Origin: Podospora anserina
Taxonomy: Eukaryota
Assembly: GCA_017654855.1 (NCBI GenBank)
Contig: CM030333.1
Location: 2,790,001 to 2,854,000 of the forward strand
Direction of reading: 5' to 3'
DNA length: 64,000 nt
A program made the translations under genes and the position numbers. The notes beneath the pieces were generated by a model that was not told where the DNA came from, made no database searches, and saw only the letters and a list, made by a program, of their open reading frames with translations. This document shows, in pieces, positions 1 through 10,652 of this stretch (position 1 is its first letter; each line of letters starts with the position of its first letter).

Positions 1-142
1 CAAGAACAACCATAATAGAGTCAACAATAAACAAGAAGAAGCGATCACCAAATCCACAAGCCACATATTGAAGACAACACAACGCGACTTTGCACACCAA
101 TTATCAAGTCAACATACCAAACTATCATACAATACCAAACAT

Positions 143-1549
143 TTACTCCTCCTTCTCCTCCACCACATCCTCCACCACACGCTCCTTCTCACGAGCCGTC
201 AAAACGTCCTCGGCCTGTTTGACCAAGGCCTGCATCCGCTCGTCCTCAGAAAGCACACGGACCAACTCCACCAAATCCTCCTCCTCCTCCTTCGTCTCAG
301 CAGGGACCACCGCGCCAGTCTCCTCGCTCACGAGCGCTTGCTCGTCCGCGACCGGCTGCCCGGCCACGTTGATCTCGCGCTCCCCCGCGAGACCTTCCTC
401 GTCCGAGCCCTTGTCCTCCACCGCGCGCAAGTGCTCAATCTCTTGTCCGAGCTTGAACTGCCTCTTCTCAGTCTTTCCCCAGCTCGGATAACGCCTATAC
501 TGGGCGTCACCCGGCAAAATTTTGGACAACTTCAAAGTCGCCCACTCGGTATCCACACCACCGTCCATCCCGACTTGGTGCAAGTTCTTCGCCAGCGCAG
601 CAGAGTTGGCGGCAAACAACTCAATCTCCTCAATCCGGAACCACGAGATGTACTGGACGCGGTCGTCACCGGGAAGGGTCTCGAATACAGCGATGGGGGA
701 GTGGAGGCCAGGGGTGTGCTTAACACTGGGGGTGTTATTGCAACCGACGAGGATGGGGCTCTCGTGTTTCTTCTTCTGCCTGATATATGGTTAGTGACTG
801 TTGTAGTGTAAAGATCAGACCTACTTACCATTCGCCAGGGACAACAATGCGAGAGATATTCCCATACAGGCCAAAGATTTCCATGTCGGGACCATCCTCA
901 AGGCCATAACGACGAAACTTTATGTTCTCTGTGGTGGCATTAATATTGCGATGGACCTTTTCTTCCTCCGTAGCCTCCTGATGCTGGGCAACAAGGGCAG
1001 CTTTCTTCTCATCGTACCCGGGGAGCAAATAATGCCTGGAATTGGTGTAGACAATGCCGTGGCTCTTCCACAAAGGCTGATCCTCTTCATGGACGATGGC
1101 AAAAGCAATGCCATCTGGGTTGCCCTCGCCGCTGTTAATGGTCTGAAACTGGTAAGACTTGGGGGAGTCGGGTGAGCACTTGAAGTATCTCAGCAACACC
1201 GAACCCTACAACCAACTCGTTAGCTGAGTTACAGAAAAGGAGGTGGCGACAAGGGAGCTGGCTGGTCACTGACGCTGACGGGGCCGAACCAGTTGCTACC
1301 AGCACGATAGCTGGGCGGGTCGCGGCGGAGGTTAAACCCGCCAGAGGCAGGTGAGGACGAAACATTGTTGATGTCCGAAAGGACACCCTCGGCGTTCTCG
1401 CGGATGGCGGTGAGGGAGGCGGCGTATCCGGCGCCGACGTATCGGCCACGGCCACGGCTTCCGCCACGTCCACCACCACGGCCACGAGAGCCACCGCAAC
1501 CACCACGAGAGCTGCCGCCGCGAGGGCCAGGGGTGTTTCCGCGAGCCAT
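143..1549 (-). CDS. Hypothetical protein with RGG-rich N-terminus and acidic C-terminus (3 exons)
   Basis: ATG at 1549 (MARGNTPGPRGGSSRGG...). Intron 1 has a GCTAAC branch and TAG acceptor, with exon 2 starting at 1205 in the frame of ORF 825..1199. Intron 2 (GTAAGT ~829 to CAG ~781) joins in frame to ORF 143..619. Confidence 0.75.
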
Positions 1550-2383
1550 TGTTTTTTCTTCGGGTTTGGGTAAGCGAAGCGGGGTTTTCGAGTGTCGTCT
1601 ACCGCTGGTTGCGATCGTCTGTTGCCGAGGAAGAGAGAAGAGTCTGGGCAACAGATGGAAGAGAATTGAACTGGGTCAGGTTGCAAAAGAAAGAAACCAG
1701 CTTGGGATCTTTTCCTTTGCATTTTGAAGACTTCTGGGTCAAGCTGAAAAGGTTTTTCAAGGGAAAAGCTTTCGGCTCGCGGTATTGGCCAATGGATGAC
1801 ATAGAACCCACGAGGGGTAGCGGAATCAGATGTGTCAAGAACGGGGAAGGAGGAAGCGCCTGTCAGCATGCATAGGCGCCTTCCCGGTGAAGACGAAGTT
1901 GAAACAAGTGGGTTGGAAGGTAAAATCTAGTCAGGAGTTGACAAAATTCAGAATCCCTAATCGACAGTTGAAGTAGGCCACACTATCTAGCTCTATCTTT
2001 GTGCCTCAAATTAGGATGAATGAATGCAAGGGCAATTACGTATGCGAGGTTGTGATTTGGGAGCTGGATATTTACACATGTGAGGACTTCCTATGCTACG
2101 GCGCTGGCAATTTGAGTGAGAATGTTTGGTGGTTTATGGCATATATGTGACGGCCCAAAAAGTGAGGTTATTCACAGAGTACTAACAAAGCCGCTGCATC
2201 TCGCGGATAGGAGCCTCTGTTATTGAAACACACCTTGACACAGCAAGGCAACCTTTAAGTTCACACCAAGCAAATTGTAGAAACCTCATCTAGCATTTAT
2301 CTTACACTCAGGGGTTGTGGCACACTGCAAGTAAAACCTCATCCTCGCTTCAGCAACATCACAACATCCTACAAGATATCCAA

Positions 2384-2498
2384 GGCTAGATGGCCGAGCG
2401 GTCTAAGGCGCCACGTTAAGGTATTGATCCTTGATTCCAACTCCACCAAGAGTTCCGTGGTCTCGTAAGGGGCGTGAGTTCGAATCTCACTCTAGTCA
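2384..2498 (+). tRNA. tRNA-Leu(AAG) with 33-nt intron (2422..2454)
   Basis: Acceptor stem GGCTAGA/TCTAGTC, D-arm GCCGAGCGGTCTAAGGC, anticodon stem CCACG/CGTGG with AAG at 2418-2420, long variable arm, T-arm GTGAG-TTCGAAT-CTCAC, and a TTTT Pol III terminator just downstream. Confidence 0.95.
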
Positions 2499-2899
2499 TT
2501 CACTTTTGCTCCCGTGTGTGGTGGAGTCAATGTTCTTTTTGCTGTGAGTGAATTGACAGCATCATCCTTGCCGGCATAGGAGGTATCCGGACAATGTACT
2601 CACATTCAGGTGTTCACATGCTCTTCATTACAGGGAATTGCACCAACAAAATAAGCTTTCAAGTGGTGAAAGGTTTGACTGAACTCTTTTGCACGGCAAG
2701 CAACCATGGATATCTCATAACAATGCTACACTGAAGCTTGGAGCTTCACGTGCCTACATAAATGAACAAATTCGAGGCGATGATAGCCTCTAAGACGAAG
2801 GAACTTTTACAGCTTCGGGGACTCTGACTCCGAAGCGACCTGAAGAAAATAGCAAATGCCACCTTAGAACCGACCCCTCCAGCCGCGGACACCATGTTC

Positions 2900-4743
2900 C
2901 TAGAATACTGTCCCATCACTGTCAATCAAGATCGGTGGCTCTTTGGTGTTTGGCCTGCTGACTTCAGCAATCTCCCGGCCACCCTTCCAGCTGCCAGCTT
3001 CCAGAACTTGTGCGAGACTCAACTCCCCGCCAGCCAACTCCGCCTTCAAGACTCGGTTAACCTCCAAAGCCAGCATATCGAGGAAGCCCACTGTGGCACC
3101 CCTCCATTCGACGATAACATCATCGCTAGGCTCAAACATGGGCGCAACCTCGACGGCCTTGGTGCCTGTGCGCTGGCAGTATTCGGCGTAGTGTTGCAGA
3201 CCCCGCTCTTGGTCCTCAGGCTTGAGTGTCATAACACCCATGTCGATAAATAGCCCACCGTTTCGGTACTCTGGCAACCCAGTCAGGAGCTCCTGACCAG
3301 CGAACTGAATCTTCATAATGCTCTGCATGGGTTGCATGAGCGAGTACGTAAGCCATTGGGTGAGCTTGTGGAAGGGTAGGATGCTCTCCCAGGGTGCAAT
3401 GCCATTCGACTGGCCCGTGGTGTTGGGGAAAGGAGAAAAGGTGGGGCTGGTTGGAGATTGGGCCGGTTGGGGCATAGAGCTGCATGGCCAAGCATCACCG
3501 AGCGAAACACCATTGATAGCCGTCCGTGATGGCGGCCAAATTGGCGCCAAACCATCAATCAAGACGTTCCAGAGCACCGTAAGAGGCACAATGATCACGC
3601 TAGATGCTTGTGTTGACGGGTGCGAGAGGATGTGATCTGGTCATATGGTTAGCACACGACTTGGGTTCAGGAACAACCGCATAAAACATACCAAGCATGT
3701 TGCCTGGCCGGCCATCCTCGCCAAAGTACTCCGTGTTGTTAAGAGCCTCACTCAGGCGAATGAGGAGTTGGGCTCTGCCCTCAAGACCAGCCATCTCGTT
3801 GCCCGGCGTCGACTGAAGTCCCTGAGCCAGCTTCTCGACGGTCAGTTGTCGGAGGCCCTCCTTATCCACTTGGTACTTGTTTGCTGGGCTGCCAGAGAAC
3901 AGGCCCTGTGATATGAGTTAGCCAAACGCCGCGATTTCGTCTTTGGAATCGACATACCGTCTTGAACATGTCCAAGGTCGCCACAGCAATGCCCTCTGAT
4001 CGTCTGTATACCCGGCCATTCTCGACGCTCTTGTAGCTCCACTTGGTTCCAGCGCCTGCATCAAGCAGAACGCTCACGAGGAAAAGGTCAATCATGCGTT
4101 TGCATTTCTCCGTGTTGTCCACCATATCCTCGGGCCAAGTCGCCAAAAGATGGGCAATTCTGTCACGGCCACCAACGCCAAAATGCTGGTATCGGCCATG
4201 TGGTGGGATAGTGGTAAAAGGGGCATCGTAATCTCTCTGTGTTTACTTGCTGTTAGCTTCAAGTTCAACATGGTAAGAAAGCCACCCCGCATCGGGCGTC
4301 AAGCCAGTACAGCCACAACGTACCTTGATGATGTTGGCTACAAAAGAGACCACATCGGGAAACTTGCGCATGTCGACATCAAAGTGTCGCAGGTCGTTCT
4401 TCAAGGCCTTGGACCACAAGATTTGGCAACGCTCCCGCACAGCGCTTAAGCTGCGAAGATACCCGGCAGGGTCGAGCTGGGGGTCTGGTGGTCTCGGCAT
4501 GTCGACTTTGGGAAGTGTGGGATTCATGCCTGTTGGGGAAAAAGGGGTCAAAGGGGTTCCTGGGCCGGCGGTGCTCGTCGTTCCAGCTGATGTGCGGTTG
4601 ATGATGCGGGAGCTGGTGTTGATCGGGGTGACAATGCTCGAGGAAGCCGAGGTGAGGGAGGTTTTAGACTGGGAGCTGGCCAGCGCTGGCTGATCGTCGG
4701 CGGCCGCCTTCGGCGCCTTGTCTCTTCTTGAAAACAGGCCCAT
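2900..4743 (-). CDS. URC4: URC4/Urg3 (DUF1688) uracil catabolism family protein, 4 exons
   Basis: Motifs YLRSLSAVRERC, DLFLVSVLLDAGAG..W, RSEGIAVA, PFHKLTQWLTYSL, LTGLPEYRNGGLF, VIVEWR and C-terminal SDGTVF, spread over ORFs 4243..4743, 3862..4146, 3600..3869 and 2900..3598. Confidence 0.9.
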
Positions 4744-5681
4744 CTCTTTTGTTGTTTACGTAGCCGTCCTCTAAGTGGTCGGTCGGGTCGCGCAATCGGC
4801 CAGTGACGGGGCGGTCTGCTGAACGACCTGATTCGCGATTCGATGGAGGGGCTCGGGGAAGCTGTGTGCTGTGCTCGTGACGCAGTGGGGCAGAGACACG
4901 CAGCAACCTACTGACAGCTGTTGGTGGTTGTGATTGGGTCGGAGGGCCGTAATCGTCAGCAGTGCAGAATCTCTTCAGGTCGATGACTATCGGTGAGAGA
5001 GACAGCAACTGGGTTCTGAAGAAGCAGGAGTCGGGGAGGGGCGTTGTTTTGTTGTTCGCCGGGGGGGACACAGATTGCGGACCTCAATAGCCTTCTGCAG
5101 CTAGGGTCAGTAAATTCTAGGCACTTTCATGGCATTGCGGCCAGGACCCTTCCCATCCCAGAGCTGCCCCCCAACATGTGATGGATGGCCGTTGCTCAGA
5201 GCCTGCGAGGGGACTGGGAGACCGCCGTCTGTAGCGCCAGAGCCCGTGCGGTGGGCTCCGTGTGAGACCCGTCCCGCCATGCTGCAGCCATTTTGTGGGG
5301 TTGCCGATAGCGAGTGAGGGGTTTGCATCCATCAAAAAACCATCAACTGCGCGGGAAATTGGAGGGGGAATCTTCAAAACCAACAACGGAGGAAAGGGAA
5401 AATCACCCGTACCGAACCCGCCCAGAGTGTGATTCTGAACTTTTATTCCTCTTGGTCCTGGCTTCCGGGTATTGCTGCACCCGATACCTCAGCCGACAAT
5501 TGCTGGCTCCAAAGATGTGGATTTCGCTGCAAATAATCCCAGCCAAAAGAAGGTGCCTATGCTGCAGAAGAACTTTTCATCAATCGAACGAGCGATGAGC
5601 TGATCGAAAAAAACAGCTGCCGGGACGTGCAATTGACGAGACAAGGGTGCCGAGTCAGGGGAGCTTGGGACAAGTCGACCC

Positions 5682-5715
5682 TTTTTTTTTTTCTTTTCTT
5701 TTTTTTTTTTTTTTT
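5682..5715 (+). repeat. Poly(T) tract (34 nt, two C interruptions)
   Basis: Directly visible; lies about 0.9 kb upstream of the URC4 start codon. Confidence 0.9.
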
Positions 5716-7921
5716 ACCAGCGAAGAACAGCAATACCAGAGCGTTCTGCTCGCCCCAAGGGGACGGGTCTTTAAAGGCACATTCTGCAGCAAGTGACAGC
5801 AGCATCATGTCTCTCAACAAGCCTCATGCTGTTCCTGCAGGTTGTCACCTCGTCCGAGCCCTCCATCACTACCACCACCAGCAGCCATCTCGCCATGGCT
5901 ACCCGACCCGTGCTGCCGCTAGCTTTCGTTAGCTGGCGATTAGCGACGGCGCGAATGATTTCACCGTGTTCGAGACCAGCTTGTGCCCCCACCGCCGCAT
6001 CCACGGCGCTGGTCAATTTGGCGATCCCCCTGTCCCACCCACTCACCATCCCCGGGACGTCTTCCTGTTGGGCTCTCCGAAAAATGGCGCTGCCACCTGC
6101 GGGGCCCTGGAAGATCAGACCCCCTGCTGCCAATGCAAGGTACCGGCGACGAGGGTCTCCCGGACGAGCACAGCGTCAACCCGCCGACAAATGTCACCAT
6201 GTCAACGGTCAGCTTCCCGCTTTGGCTGCATCTCCCAACGGATTGCCTGCAAGATAACAAGAACTGGCAGAGAGGCACAGGTTCCAATTCCTGAAACGGG
6301 ACAATATTGACAATATTGAGCCACATCTCATTTGGCCAGTTCGGACGTGACGGAGAGAAATCCCGTCAAGCATGTCTTGGTTCTTTTCGTGGATCGAGAT
6401 AGCTCTCAATTGTACTTGATGGACGAAACCTATGCATGCACATCACTTCTAACCCCGGCTTAGACTCCTGCTGGTTTCACTGCTTCATGAAAGTCGCATG
6501 AGCTGCAGCTTCGCAGCTCTCGAGCTGGACCAGAAGCAGATCCCCCACCCTCACCCTCACCCTCCAGTCAACTGGCAGCTCCATCAACATACATATACCG
6601 TCCGCAGCCAACCACCGTACGAGATAACTAATAAGCAATACCAAGTCCGGGGCGACTCAATACAAAGCATCCGCTGGCGCCGTCTATCACCTAGTTCTGT
6701 CATAACTCCAAAATCACAACCAAGCGGGCGAACGAAGAGAACAATAGAACAGACCCATCAGTCTGGTTGCTCCTTGTCGTTGGCCCTGGGCCTTTTAGCT
6801 TAGACGCACAAGAACCACTGAAGAACAATCAAGGAAGACTTCGTTGACCAGCCAAGAGGGGCCAAAGAAATTGGAATGGGCCATTCTTGTTCCTCGGTTG
6901 TCAAGAAAAGCGTACAGTCACGAGCAGACTGCCGAGGGTCTCACAGGACCCGATCACTATTACCAACCTCAACTGCCACTGCTACTGATGGCCAGTTACT
7001 TCCTTGGAACCAGTGTCTCAGTCTCATCGATATACACAAATTGTGTCTCTCACCCTCAACCGTCCTCTAGATTTCGACAGATCGATATCATGTCAACTGC
7101 CCAACTCAGACGCTCTCGTGGTCTCATCACACCAGCGGCCTCGGCTAGGATAACTCCTTGCCAATCTCCTCTCGATGGAACGGACACATCGTCCACCTCA
7201 TCACCGTCACAGTCACAATCCTCCCCTCCACTTCTTCTCAAGGACCAGCTACCAAAAATTCTTTAGACCACTCAGATTTTCCATTACAGGCCTCTCGCCA
7301 AGCCAGCCCAGTGTTTGTCGGGTCCTCGCTAACACACTGTCGGGCCTCCAAGATCCCCGCCAATGCCACGAGGTGCAAAATATCGCTCGAGGCTCCCGGC
7401 GTTGGCGCGTGCCTGGTGCGGAGATTGGGTTCCACATCGAAGATGTGCAAAGCCTCGTGGCTCTCGGCATCTCCCACACGTGGTTCCGACCCACGCCGTC
7501 GCCGGGGCCCCGGCACCGTTCCGGCAGGCTGTGAGGAATCATTAGACAGTGGATGTCGTGGTGGATGCCTCCCCTTCCTTTGACGGTCCTCTTTTTATGA
7601 AATCCCGAACGACGATGTCCTTTCTAATCGGTCCGCGAACAAATGGGCTTTTTCTAGCGCCGTATGTCAACACTGGTGTCCTTGATAGGGCATCTTTGCT
7701 TGCCCGTTTTTGCCCAAAAAAAGGAAGGTTCAAACAAGTGTTTGTGTTCAAATGGCTTCACTGCCCCCTGAAACCTCTTTTTTCCCTTGTCGGCACTTGA
7801 CGAGGCACCACGTTTTTTTCTCACCCCGGTACCCAATGGCATCATTGTTATTAGTTTGATGACGCAGGGCTCAGCTGCTCCACCTAGATTATCAGTTTGG
7901 GTTTTCGCTCTCGCTTCCCTG

Positions 7922-8981
7922 TTGGGCATCCATAGCCTCCATAGCCTCCGGTCTGAGGGTAGAGCTCGATTGGTTGATGAGAGGTTCACGGACTTCGTTG
8001 ATTGTCTCAATCCCTACGCCGATTTGTTGGAACAGAAGAAGGCATCAAGTCTCTCCGACGATATCGCCCTTGACAAGATTCTTCAGGCTTACCTTCATGA
8101 GGAGTAGTTCCCCACATTTCTAGATGCTCATTTCCTTTCATCGAGATCACACAAAATAAGGACAACATCAACCTTTCTTTTTTTCTCCCTTTTTCAATAG
8201 TCAGCGGGCCAGAAGCAGGAAGGTCGGCATCCCTTATCAAGATCCAGCAGATCTGAGATGATGGACAATCGTACTGCTTCTTTACCCGGGCTTTGTGATC
8301 ATCACAATCCAGAAGGCTGTAGTTGCCTTTTCACTGCCTGTCAGTGTTGCTTATGCTGTGACATACGGAGGCTCAGTGGATGTACCACTTCCACGTTGAG
8401 CTAGAGAGTTGAGCTAAAAGAAATGCTTGCAGCTCTTTCCTATTGTGAAGTCAAAAGGCAAGGACTTGTTGATGTCCCCAAAATGTATTTTCAAATCCGC
8501 GTTGAGCTCAGTATTGTTGAATGAACTCATGCGTGCTGCAGCACCCCATAGCATGCCTCTGACAGGAACCATCCAACTCACATAAAGTTGTGGGATGTGT
8601 AGAGAACAACAAAACATACAACACCAGGGATTCCCCAGTGGTCACCCACCTGAGTACTAGTCTGGCAGTCAGTAGCTTATCTAGGGGAGAGCGGACGGGA
8701 TCCCGAGTTTTCTACTGCTTATGGTTGTATGTGCTTTTATCAACAAGATTTGGGATCTTTCTAGGGATTGAGAAGTAGAAAGACAGTGTTGTTGTCTCTT
8801 TCATGAAGCCATGGGTTCGGTGTGGCTTGAAGGTGCCGATACGAAATGCCTTTCCTGCACTACTTTGCCTTTTGGGCATCTATAGCCTCCGGTATGAGAG
8901 GATAGTTCGATTGATGGAGAGCTTCAGGGGCTTCGTTGGTGGGAAGACATCGATCTTGTCCCACGATACCAACCTTGACAA
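7922..8981 (+). repeat. Degenerate direct repeat pair (7922..8076 and 8872..8981) flanking the 5S gene
   Basis: Colinear shared blocks TTGGGCATC, ATAGCCTCCGGT, TCGATTG, CTTCGTTG, ACGATA and CCTTGACAA occur in both copies. Confidence 0.7.
8614..8732 (-). rRNA. 5S rRNA gene (dispersed copy, 119 nt)
   Basis: Minus strand reads ACATACAACCATAAGCAGTAGAAAACTCGGGATCCCGTCCGCTCTCCC...GAATCCCTGGTGTTGTATGT. Helix I (ACATACAAC/GTTGTATGT) pairs perfectly and a T-run terminator follows. Confidence 0.97.
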
Positions 8982-9552
8982 CTTGCTCTCCACATTTTCC
9001 CACATGTCATCGCCAATAATGTTATCAAGACCTGGTTGTCAAAGCACTCAAAATGACCTCAGATGAAGAGTTCGATTGTATCACAGATATACTGAAATCC
9101 GATTCACCTCGGGCCACAGACGTCCGGTCTGGCCTGATGCCTTCTGAGGATAGGATTCTGTCCTTGTAAACATAAATGTGAGATCTGGTTGTTTCCTCAT
9201 CATTGGACGCAGCGCTCGACGTCCAAGTAAGCTCCGTAGCCCTCTCGGAACTTATCTTCTCGCACTCCCTCCACGCCCGCAGCTTTATGATGCGAGCCTC
9301 ACTCTTTAGCTCTCAAACTTGCTCATACTTGCTTTTGTGCGACTACATCTTTTCTATACCTGCTTTTTGTGTAACTGTAGTTTTCTATGCTCAATCTGAT
9401 ACACGCTCATCATCATCATGACGATTTACAAAGATAAATACTCCAGGAAATTCCGTGCAAGATATTCTGGAAGATCATGTCTCCAGCATCCAACCAAGAC
9501 ACTTTCTTCCCCAACTCAATCGAAAAGTCCACACCTGAAAACACCCATCACG

Positions 9553-10434
9553 ATGCACATCCAGAATCTCATCTCCTCCTCCTTTCTTCTGCTCCTTTCC
9601 TTCCCTATCTCCACGACCGCAACAACACCACGCCCCCCCTATCCCAACCGCACCCTAGCCGGCATAACCATGATCGACACCCCCATCGTCCGCGACGCCC
9701 AAGCCTACGCCCGACGCTACTGCTCCGACTCAACCTACAACCACATCATGCGCTCCTGGCTCCTCGGTCTCCTCCACCTCTCCCACGACCCCGCCCTCGC
9801 CTCCAAAATCGACCTCGAAGTCCACGCCCTCGGCCTGATCCTCCACGACCTGGCAACCAACCACTCCCTCTCCGCCCCCTTCGTCACCCCCAACCGGCGC
9901 TTCGAAGTTGATTCTGCCATTGCAGCAGCAGATTTCATCCGTTCACACCCCGACGGGAAAAAATGGCCGGGGTGGCGGGTTCAGAGGGTGTGGGATGGGA
10001 TTGCGTTGCATGCCGAGCCCGGGTTGGCGTTGTATAAAGAGGCGGATGTTTTTGCGATATATTGGGGTAATGAACTGGAATTCTCGTGGGAGAGGCCCGG
10101 GGGAGAGAGGAAGGGGGTGACGGCTGAGGAGAGGGAGAGGGTGTTGCAGGAGTTTCCCAGGCCGACGTTGGAGGAGGGCGGGAGGGGGAATGTGTTTGCT
10201 TTTGTGGCTTGGTATTGTAAATACAAGCCGGAGAGCACTTATAGTGAGTTTGCCTTCCCTTCTTGTTGTTTTTCGGTAAGTGGGTGGGACAACGTGCTAA
10301 CTTCTATGGCGGTAGATACTTGGATGCAGCCGTTTGGGGAGCTGCTGGTGCCGGGTTATTCGGCGGTGGGACATCGGGTTATTGATGGGAGTTTGGCTGC
10401 TGTTGGGTTGAATATGAGTGGGATTCTCAAGTGA
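9553..10434 (+). CDS. HD-domain metal-dependent hydrolase (cyanamide hydratase-like) with predicted signal peptide; intron 10244..10315
   Basis: Motifs YNHIMRSW, ILHDL, RFEVDSAIAA and VWDGIALH; hydrophobic N-terminus MHIQNLISSSFLLLLSFPISTTA; GTGAGT...GCTAAC...TAG intron. Confidence 0.85.
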   Translation: MHIQNLISSSFLLLLSFPISTTATTPRPPYPNRTLAGITMIDTPIVRDAQAYARRYCSDSTYNHIMRSWLLGLLHLSHDPALASKIDLEVHALGLILHDLATNHSLSAPFVTPNRRFEVDSAIAAADFIRSHPDGKKWPGWRVQRVWDGIALHAEPGLALYKEADVFAIYWGNELEFSWERPGGERKGVTAEERERVLQEFPRPTLEEGGRGNVFAFVAWYCKYKPESTYSEFAFPSCCFSVSGWDNVLTSMAVDTWMQPFGELLVPGYSAVGHRVIDGSLAAVGLNMSGILK

Positions 10435-10652
10435 TGTGTGACAACGAACGGACACAGTGGTGGCTAGTTGGTGATTATTGTTGTTGATATTATCTTGACT
10501 CTTCTTATTGCTCTCGTTTGGTCGTTTCATAGCACAGGTAGTCAACTAAAATTCATGACCTCGACCAGTTTTGCTTGGTTCTTCTCGTTGAGGGAGGAGA
10601 GGGAGCGAGGCGGAGGGAGCGAGACCGATGCAAAGGAGGAGGGGGTCTGCTC

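Noticed and set aside
68..811. 247-aa plus-strand ORF
   Set aside because: Antisense shadow of the spliced minus-strand gene 143..1549; Leu/His-rich composition is typical of reverse-frame translation.
5807..6310. ATG ORF interrupted by a single in-frame TAG (5930-5932), a possible editing-corrected gene
   Set aside because: The peptide has no recognisable motif and several frames are open in this GC-rich stretch, so chance is a sufficient explanation.
8614..8732. 5S gene as an insertion site of a Starship or other giant element
   Set aside because: The 5S gene is uninterrupted and no DUF3435 tyrosine recombinase-like ORF is recognisable in the window.
2900..9500. Possible URC pyrimidine-catabolism gene cluster
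   Set aside because: Only URC4 is present; no URC1 (GTP cyclohydrolase II-like) or uracil phosphoribosyltransferase motifs nearby.
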